Shown here: positions 33,953-40,104 of the stretch, piece after piece
Position numbering within the stretch: the first letter of the stretch is position 1
Layout of the letters: every line of letters begins with the position of its first letter
IMG/VR virus record: IMGVR_UViG_3300024275_000019
Location: 1-40,104 of that record
Reading direction: 5' to 3' (one strand)
DNA from: a virus
Taxonomy: Duplodnaviria > Caudoviricetes
Length of the DNA: 40,104 nucleotides
The notes under the pieces: generated by a model
What the model saw: the letters and a program-made list of their open reading frames with translations, nothing else
What the model was told of the DNA's origin: nothing
The model's database searches: none
Made by a program: the position numbers and the translations under genes

Positions 33953-34921
33953 CTACGACCCGGTGACACCCAGCATGGCCGCCCACGCGCTCGGGTGATC
34001 GAGCTGGAGGGTGCATTCCATGAGAACGATGCCACGGGTGTGATCGCCCGACTTGCCCATCGGCTTGTGCTGCGGAGGCCGGTAGAAGGCAATCTTCGCC
34101 ATCGAACGGTCTCCGATGTAGTACGCACCCACCGCAGAGCTGGTCGCATTGATCGGGATGAAGCGGTCGGTGATGATCGCGTAGAGCTGGTTGAATGGCG
34201 TCTCGAAGACGTCCACGTTCGCCACGAGCTTCTGGTCGGTCGCCGCGATGTTACGCACGTTGCCCGAACCCGAAGACACGGTAGCGTTCACGAACTGCTT
34301 CTTGGACGGCGGAGCGAACCAGATCGAGTCCGGCTCGGCACCGTTCTGGAACAGGGTCTGCGACAGCGTCACGATATCTGCAGTCGTGACACCACCCGAC
34401 GCCGACGCGGCCGTCGAGATACCGAAGCCCTGAATGCCAGCCATGAGCGGGGCGTTGGTCGCCGCCTCTGCGCCGGTCGCTGAAGCAGTCGAGTTGACCG
34501 CCCAGAGACGCGATTCGCAGTTACGGGCAATGACCTTGAACTCCTTCATGATCTGGTGCTCGTACATGTCTCGGATACCCGCAGGATTCGCATCCCGCTC
34601 ACGATCCGACACGGCAACGTGCCGCGAGAAGATCTGGGTACCGTTGACCAGACGGCTCGGGCTGGTGAGCGTATCGCCCGAGAAGTCCACCGCTTCCACG
34701 ACACCCGCCGTCGAAGTGGCTGCCAGCGTGTCCACGGTCCAGCTATGGACGACGTCGCGCGCCCTCAACTTCGGGGATGACGAGAAGAGCGGAGTCTGGA
34801 ACGAATCCAGAATCGTGACGATGTCCACCAGATCCTCGTGGTGGATACCCGTCGCGTTATTGAAGAATCCGGCGTCGAAGGTTGAAAGGACGCCGCTAAG
34901 TACTGTCTGACCACCAGGCAT
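33953..34921 (-). CDS. Major capsid protein (SU10/DUF5309-like, HK97 fold)
   Basis: EDLVDIVTILD..QTPLFS, HSWTVDTL, NGTQIFSRHVAVS, MGKSGDHTRGIVLMECTL; follows portal and scaffold. Confidence 0.88.
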   Translation of the reverse strand: MPGGQTVLSGVLSTFDAGFFNNATGIHHEDLVDIVTILDSFQTPLFSSSPKLRARDVVHSWTVDTLAATSTAGVVEAVDFSGDTLTSPSRLVNGTQIFSRHVAVSDRERDANPAGIRDMYEHQIMKEFKVIARNCESRLWAVNSTASATGAEAATNAPLMAGIQGFGISTAASASGGVTTADIVTLSQTLFQNGAEPDSIWFAPPSKKQFVNATVSSGSGNVRNIAATDQKLVANVDVFETPFNQLYAIITDRFIPINATSSAVGAYYIGDRSMAKIAFYRPPQHKPMGKSGDHTRGIVLMECTLQLDHPSAWAAMLGVTGS

Positions 34922-34943
34922 GTCCCTATGCCTTTCTGACTTC

Positions 34944-35675
34944 CTACTGCCTCAGGAAGTCCTCGGAGATTACGGTCTTAAGGCGGGCCTTCGCATACTC
35001 TCTGGCCGCCTCGGTGCTGCCGGTCTTTTGGTAGTTCTGCCACGCCTTCTGGATGTCGCCAGTCACGCTGTCAGGCAGACGCCGCGACTCCCCACCCCTG
35101 CTGGACGGAATCGACGCGTGCGTGGTGTCCTCCTGCTGCTGGCCGTTGCCGTTACCGTTACTTCCGGAGCTACGACGTCGCGACTCCCCGAACTTGAGGA
35201 ATGCGTATTCGAACGCTCCGGCGGGGTCGGCTGAGAACATCCGGTTGTATGTCTGGCTCAACTCGGGATCCGACTGGACGTACTGGGCCACGTCTGATTC
35301 GAACTTGTTGTAGTCCGAGTACTTGGCCTGCATAGTCTGGCGAGCGTTGACCCCAGCCATGATCGGCGCGAAAGCAGACTGAAGTTTGGTTTCCATGTAC
35401 TCGTTCAGAGCATCCACTGGAACACCGAACTCGGTCAGCCGGTCCTCGGGACGGTCGCGCCGCTTCACATCCTGCCGGGGGTTCGCCTCGGGCTGGTAGA
35501 CGTTGAGAAGCTGGCTCTTGAGTGCGTCCCGTTCGTTCCGGATCTTCACAGCTTCAGCGTCTGACGCTCTCTTGGCGTTAACAAGAGCCTCGACGTTGGG
35601 ATAGCCCATGAGATCGGGATTGAGCGGCTGCTCCTGCTGCTGCGCCTGCTGCTGGACTTCCTGGTCCTCTGCCAT
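34944..35675 (-). CDS. Capsid scaffolding protein
   Basis: Acidic/Gln-rich N-terminus, coiled coil, C-terminal helix; directly upstream of the capsid gene. Confidence 0.7.
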   Translation of the reverse strand: MAEDQEVQQQAQQQEQPLNPDLMGYPNVEALVNAKRASDAEAVKIRNERDALKSQLLNVYQPEANPRQDVKRRDRPEDRLTEFGVPVDALNEYMETKLQSAFAPIMAGVNARQTMQAKYSDYNKFESDVAQYVQSDPELSQTYNRMFSADPAGAFEYAFLKFGESRRRSSGSNGNGNGQQQEDTTHASIPSSRGGESRRLPDSVTGDIQKAWQNYQKTGSTEAAREYAKARLKTVISEDFLRQ

Positions 35676-35705
35676 CTTCGGATCCTTCCTCGCCGGTTCG
35701 CGGCG

Positions 35706-36008
35706 CTATGGACGGGGGTTCGCCCCGTTTGTTTCGGCGTCGAGTTCTTCGATGCGCCGATTGTGCTCATACACAGCAATCTCGTTAGACCAGCAGGAGA
35801 GCATCCATTCCACTTCCTTGACCTGCACTCTCAACTGGTCGTCCGTCATGCCTTCGTAGTCACCCTTGCGCTCCTGCGGAAACAGGGTCAGCGCCCGGAG
35901 TGCCTGATTGCCTCGGTTGGCAAGCACTGGCCTCACCACGTCGTTCCAGAAGGAACTAGCGAGTCCCTGCTTGACCGTCTGAATCTGTTCTTCAGTAAGA
36001 GCCACCAC
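35706..36008 (-). CDS. Small helical protein following the portal
   Basis: Typical podovirus position between portal and scaffold. Confidence 0.65.
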   Translation of the reverse strand: MVALTEEQIQTVKQGLASSFWNDVVRPVLANRGNQALRALTLFPQERKGDYEGMTDDQLRVQVKEVEWMLSCWSNEIAVYEHNRRIEELDAETNGANPRP

Positions 36009-37893
36009 CCGCCGCCTGACTGTTAAAGAGTTGGCCTAGAACCTCTGGACTCATCTGCTCCATCGGCTGGCTGACCTGACCCGCCACCGCCTGCGGACTC
36101 ATGCCGTTGTCCTGCGCCACCTGGTTGATCATCGGCACGTTCTGCACGAGCAGTTCGTCCACGTTGCGGAAGTCGAACAGATCAAACGCCTGCCTTGCAA
36201 AGTTAGACCAGTTCACCAACTGCATCAAGGCTGGATTGCTGGACATCATCTGCAAGAGCCCAAGTAGGTTCTGCTGCCTAACAGAACGTCCCGCCATCTG
36301 AGATGCCCCAACCGCACGAGCCCGGTAGTCCGGGGCAAGGTCGTCGTAGTCTATCTCGACCTCCATCGGCTGATAGGGCAATCCGGTGATGGGGTTGGTC
36401 GTCGCCATGCTGCCCAAGATCTTGAGAGAATAGGGCAGGGGCAGATAGACCGCATCCATCTTGCGGAAGGCGTTTGCCAGCGGCTCGATCAGGCCCTCTT
36501 CCAGAGCCCGAGTCTCAAGGCTCAGACGGGTCAGGGCATTCTCCTGACGTCCAAGGAACCCACGGGCCGTCTCCCGACCTCCCGCTTGAATCCCCATGAT
36601 GGCTTCAGTCTCGCCCGTCCCTAGCTGCATCATGCTGAACAGGCGGCTGATCTCGTCGCCTCCAACCTGCACCCCACGCATGTCCGGGGTGATCGGCTGG
36701 AAGTTGTTGGGCCCACCCTCGTCTACCAGAATGATGCGCCCGGCTCGGCTGAATAGGTTCTGGGTGTTGATGTTTGCACGACTGGAGACCACGTACTGAG
36801 GGTCGATCAGAAGGTCGATGGCGTCCAGGCGCTGATTGTTCAACCTGTCGGCTGTCCGTTGGGGGCCGTAGGCAATCTCAGCCTTGCCAACGCCATCAAA
36901 ACTGTAGGGATCAGCCATCGGTGCGTAGCTGGCGAACGGCTTCTGCTGATTCGGCATCGGCCCTTCGCGGTTCTTCAAAACCACTCTGCCGTTGCCAATG
37001 GCGATACAGCGGTGCCTCACTCCATCAGGAGCGAACTCCGGAGGAACAAGTCCGTGCATTTCCCAGATTTCAACCGGCTTAGCGAACCGTTCGTTCTGGC
37101 GAGCCTGATAGTCGTACTGATTCCGAAAGGTGACTTTACGGCTGACCCATTCATCGTGCGCCGCACCCTGCAGCGGGAAGTCGCGGAGCGCGATCACCGC
37201 TGAACGGTCGAAGTAGGACGATCCGGTATTGACGTCCTCGATCATGTCATCCCAGTCCAGCCAGTAGCGGTGGATCACCCACGCCATGTCCTCGATGCGC
37301 TTCTTGCCAGGCTGCTGCCAGAAGTCCAGTCGGTCCACCGTCTCCCAAACTGGACCGTTGAAGATCTCGGACTCGCCCTCGTTCATCACCGGGATCTGAA
37401 ATCCGGGGGCGATGGTCTCAAGGCTACGGTACTTGTTGTTACGGATGGTCTTCTTCCATCCCCAGCGGATGATCCCCGTTCCGCAGATGTCCGCCTGGAG
37501 GCACAGGTCAATCGCCTGCATGATTGAGCCACAGTCCTTCATCTGGGCGGACACCAGTACTTCGTTGCGCTTGGCGCGGGCGACGTCTTCTGGAGCGTAT
37601 CCCTCGAACGCAACGATGGGCCACGAGGCAAAGGACGTCTGCACCTTGCGGGCGACATCGCTCTGGATCATGGCGAACGTGAAGGGGATCGAGATGTTGT
37701 TGCGGAACTGGGCGTAGCGCCCCGTCCACACGCCGCGGTAGGCGTTGTAGTATCCCTGTAGACGGTTAAAGACGCTCTGGTTGTACTGAATCGAGTGCTG
37801 GCGACGGGAATCGACCAGTTCGATTACACGAGCGTCGTCTACTCTGGTCTGGGGCGGGGCTGCTCCGACTTTGCCCGGATAGGGGTTCGCCAT
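35992..37893 (-). CDS. Portal protein (P22/SU10-like)
   Basis: 633 aa. ADICGTGIIRWGW, VEIWEMHG, PYSFDGVGKAE, NNQRLDAIDLLIDP, ETARG, Gln/Met-rich tail. Confidence 0.88.
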   Translation of the reverse strand: MANPYPGKVGAAPPQTRVDDARVIELVDSRRQHSIQYNQSVFNRLQGYYNAYRGVWTGRYAQFRNNISIPFTFAMIQSDVARKVQTSFASWPIVAFEGYAPEDVARAKRNEVLVSAQMKDCGSIMQAIDLCLQADICGTGIIRWGWKKTIRNNKYRSLETIAPGFQIPVMNEGESEIFNGPVWETVDRLDFWQQPGKKRIEDMAWVIHRYWLDWDDMIEDVNTGSSYFDRSAVIALRDFPLQGAAHDEWVSRKVTFRNQYDYQARQNERFAKPVEIWEMHGLVPPEFAPDGVRHRCIAIGNGRVVLKNREGPMPNQQKPFASYAPMADPYSFDGVGKAEIAYGPQRTADRLNNQRLDAIDLLIDPQYVVSSRANINTQNLFSRAGRIILVDEGGPNNFQPITPDMRGVQVGGDEISRLFSMMQLGTGETEAIMGIQAGGRETARGFLGRQENALTRLSLETRALEEGLIEPLANAFRKMDAVYLPLPYSLKILGSMATTNPITGLPYQPMEVEIDYDDLAPDYRARAVGASQMAGRSVRQQNLLGLLQMMSSNPALMQLVNWSNFARQAFDLFDFRNVDELLVQNVPMINQVAQDNGMSPQAVAGQVSQPMEQMSPEVLGQLFNSQAAGGGSY

Positions 37894-38124
37894 CTACTTC
37901 TTGCGACCCGCCGCAGCCATCTTGGCGAACTTGGCGGCACCGTACTTGCGCCTGCCGATAGCAGCAGCCACGGCTCCAGGATTGCGTGCTCCGCCGGCCT
38001 TCGCCTCTGCCTCGACCGCCTTGAATCTGCTGCCTTCTCCGGTGGGAGACGACTTGGCGACCTCTTCGTACTTCTCTCGCGCTGCACGCCGCGCTGCCAG
38101 ACCACCAGGGTTCTGTCGAGCCAT
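37894..38124 (-). CDS. Small basic phage protein
   Basis: G.GSRFKA...GARNPGAVAAAIGRRKYGAAKFAKMAAAGRKK; AAGGAG RBS. Confidence 0.75.
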   Translation of the reverse strand: MARQNPGGLAARRAAREKYEEVAKSSPTGEGSRFKAVEAEAKAGGARNPGAVAAAIGRRKYGAAKFAKMAAAGRKK

Positions 38125-38143
38125 TCCGTTGGCTCCTTTCCTT

Positions 38144-38581
38144 CTAGATGAACGTCTTCTTGCCCAACCTTCTTGTTAGCCCATGACAGGCCTTGCACAA
38201 CCACGATACGTCCAGCTTGTTGTCGTAGTTCTCGTGGTGGGCTTCAACCGGGCCGCGAACTTGGCACGCCGAACAACGTTCTGGCCTAATCAGGCGGCCA
38301 GACTTAACGGCCAGATACACAGCATCTTTTGCCGATTTTCGTTTGGGGTCATGGTACTTTTTCCACCAACCGGGATTGCGAGATCTCCACTCAGCATTCT
38401 TTTTCGCGATACCGTCCCGCCCCGCCTTGTCCGCCCAACGTCTAGATCTTTCCCTAGCAGACTGCGGATGGCTCCTGTTCCAGTCAAGCATGTATAGATT
38501 CCAGCATGGTTTGCAGTAACACTTAGCGGAATAGAACTGATCATCAGCCTTAATCTCTTCGCATTTCGGGCACCGTCTCAT
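38144..38581 (-). CDS. HNH endonuclease with an N-terminal Zn finger
   Basis: ATG 38581. CPKC...CKPC; AVKSGRLIRPERCSAC...EAHHENYDNKLDVSWLCKACH. Confidence 0.85.
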   Translation of the reverse strand: MRRCPKCEEIKADDQFYSAKCYCKPCWNLYMLDWNRSHPQSARERSRRWADKAGRDGIAKKNAEWRSRNPGWWKKYHDPKRKSAKDAVYLAVKSGRLIRPERCSACQVRGPVEAHHENYDNKLDVSWLCKACHGLTRRLGKKTFI

Positions 38582-38820
38582 GTAAGTTTGTGCCTCGGGT
38601 CCACCTCGGCCTCGCCAGATTGTACCGCTTCCGCCAAGCATATGTCTATCTCAGTCATCAGGCTATTGCGTTGAAGATTCAGGGAGTGGAGCCTGGCGAC
38701 CGTTTCGGCGTTGACCCCATCGTTGGTTTTTGCCGCCTTGTGCACGACATCCTGAGTAAACCAGAGCTTGAGATTCACCACGCTCAGCTTGTCTACCAGA
38801 CTCCCCAGCGTCTCAGCCAC
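38578..38820 (-). CDS. DUF4254-like helical protein
   Basis: GTG 38820; AETLGSLVDKLSVVNLKLWFTQD...LNLQRNSLMTEID; adjacent to the GT9-like gene. Confidence 0.6.
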   Translation of the reverse strand: MAETLGSLVDKLSVVNLKLWFTQDVVHKAAKTNDGVNAETVARLHSLNLQRNSLMTEIDICLAEAVQSGEAEVDPRHKLT

Positions 38821-39661
38821 CGACCACCTCCGCCGAGGACCGCTCAAGCCACTTTGACTTGAACGTGGGCCACGACTCGCGCAACTCTATCTCGGTGTCG
38901 TTCAACTGATTATCCCCGAGATTGCTCCAGATGACCTTCGGGTGGTTGCCGATCTGGTCATGGACTCGGATCGTGGGTACCTTGAGTGCCCCACCAACCG
39001 TCACTACGCTGGAACCACCACCGATCAGAAGCCTGGATCCGGCGATGAGCTTGGCGAGGTTCAGGAAGTCTCCGCCGTCATCGAACACCTTGCATTCCGG
39101 GTAGGTCGATTCAGCCGCTTCCCGGTCCCTCGCGTCTCCGACGAAGACGATCTCGTCAAAGTTGCTGTTGAGGTAGGGATAGATGCTGGACAGGAACTTC
39201 CAGAACTGCGGGGTCTGTCGGTTGTGCGTGCAGACCGGCTGGCCGTGGAGCACAACGCGGTTCGCGTGATCCACTCCCGACAGTTCAAAGCTGGGCTGGT
39301 TGGCGAGCTTGGACTTGTTGATCTGGACCGGGAGTTTTGCGTCCTCAAGACATTGCATGGTCAACTGCCTGACCGGAAACGCTCTCATACCGAGGTGGTA
39401 GACCGTGTGACCTTCCAAATCTTTCGATCCAAGGTCGAAGTGCCACGGCTGGCCGCCACACCCGTACCCTTCGATGCCAGTCTTAAACTCCAGCGCCTCA
39501 ACGCATTCCTGAGACTGAAACAGCGGGGCTACAAGCTTGCACGATCTTTCATCCGTCCAGACGGTGAACTTCTTTCCTGTCTGCTTGGCCCACTGGTAGG
39601 CGACGGGCCACTGCATGATTGCGTCTCCCGCTTTTCCTGGGAACGTGAATACGGTGCTCAT
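38813..39661 (-). CDS. GT9-like (heptosyltransferase-like, GT-B) glycosyltransferase
   Basis: N-terminal GKAGDAIMQWP; C-terminal FLNLAKLIAGSRLLIGGGSSVVTVGGALKVP. Confidence 0.7.
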   Translation of the reverse strand: MSTVFTFPGKAGDAIMQWPVAYQWAKQTGKKFTVWTDERSCKLVAPLFQSQECVEALEFKTGIEGYGCGGQPWHFDLGSKDLEGHTVYHLGMRAFPVRQLTMQCLEDAKLPVQINKSKLANQPSFELSGVDHANRVVLHGQPVCTHNRQTPQFWKFLSSIYPYLNSNFDEIVFVGDARDREAAESTYPECKVFDDGGDFLNLAKLIAGSRLLIGGGSSVVTVGGALKVPTIRVHDQIGNHPKVIWSNLGDNQLNDTEIELRESWPTFKSKWLERSSAEVVGG

Positions 39662-40104
39662 GAACCCTCCGCGATGGCGTCTTTAAGCGTCTTGATCATA
39701 TGCCTCATGTCCACCGCGATCCAGCGACAAACTTCTTTGCCGTCCGCGAAGGCGTACAGCACCCTGATTCCGTAGTCCGTCTGTGGTTCCGGTAGGACTC
39801 CCAACTCCCCCGGAAATGTGCGTGGCGGGTGCATCTCGGCGTGAGAGATGGCGAAGTCAGATTCTCTGGCAAACTTGATCTGAGTCGCTTCCCCCACAAG
39901 CTGGAGTCCCACGTCCCACGAGAAGTGGTAGGTGTCCATCAGTGGCGGCACGAACGATCCGGCCGCCTCAACCCACTTGCCCGAGAGCCAGGGGAAGTCC
40001 ATACGATCGGTGACCCCGCCTACCGTCTGGGGGGCTATGGCCCCGATGCCTGACTTGAACTCTGCCGCAGACTTGATAACCCACTGGTCCCAGCCCGGCG
40101 TCTC
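39658..40104 (-). CDS. GT-A glycosyltransferase paralog 5, C-terminal part (joins 273..1)
   Basis: The frame is open to the window end: ETPGWDQWVIKSAAEF...MDFPWLSGKW...YHFSWDVGLQLVGEATQI, matching the paralogs' C-halves. Confidence 0.85.
   Translation of the reverse strand, partial: ETPGWDQWVIKSAAEFKSGIGAIAPQTVGGVTDRMDFPWLSGKWVEAAGSFVPPLMDTYHFSWDVGLQLVGEATQIKFARESDFAISHAEMHPPRTFPGELGVLPEPQTDYGIRVLYAFADGKEVCRWIAVDMRHMIKTLKDAIAEGS
40099..40104. repeat. 6 nt terminal redundancy (CGTCTC) identical to bases 1-6
   Basis: Direct comparison of the window ends. Confidence 0.85.

Overview
The window looks like a complete, circularly permuted ~40.1 kb genome of a short-tailed (podovirus-type) dsDNA phage. 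The last 6 nt (CGTCTC) repeat the first 6 nt, and joining the ends restores an intact in-frame glycosyltransferase gene. Two divergent arms start near 9.9-10.0 kb. The plus arm (10.0-20.2 kb) holds small early/middle genes: a HExxH protein, a metallophosphoesterase, HTH and Zn-finger proteins, an Rmf-like protein, a PD-(D/E)XK exonuclease, repeat-built coiled-coil paralogs and a NinG-like nuclease. The minus arm (~30 kb) is a largely translationally coupled late region: terminase, glycosylation cassette, portal, scaffold, major capsid, adaptor, nozzle, tail fibre, ejection proteins and lysis genes. The standout is a soluble glycan-building cassette between terminase and portal: five paralogous GT-A glycosyltransferases, a GT9-like enzyme, a DUF4254-like protein, two FkbM methyltransferases and an NDP-sugar C-methyltransferase. 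A seventh (GT-B) glycosyltransferase sits among the head-tail genes. My best inference is a phage-encoded system that coats the virion with a methylated glycan. I recognised no DNA polymerase, helicase, primase, integrase, tRNA or CRISPR array. All family calls come from motif recognition by eye, not database searches.
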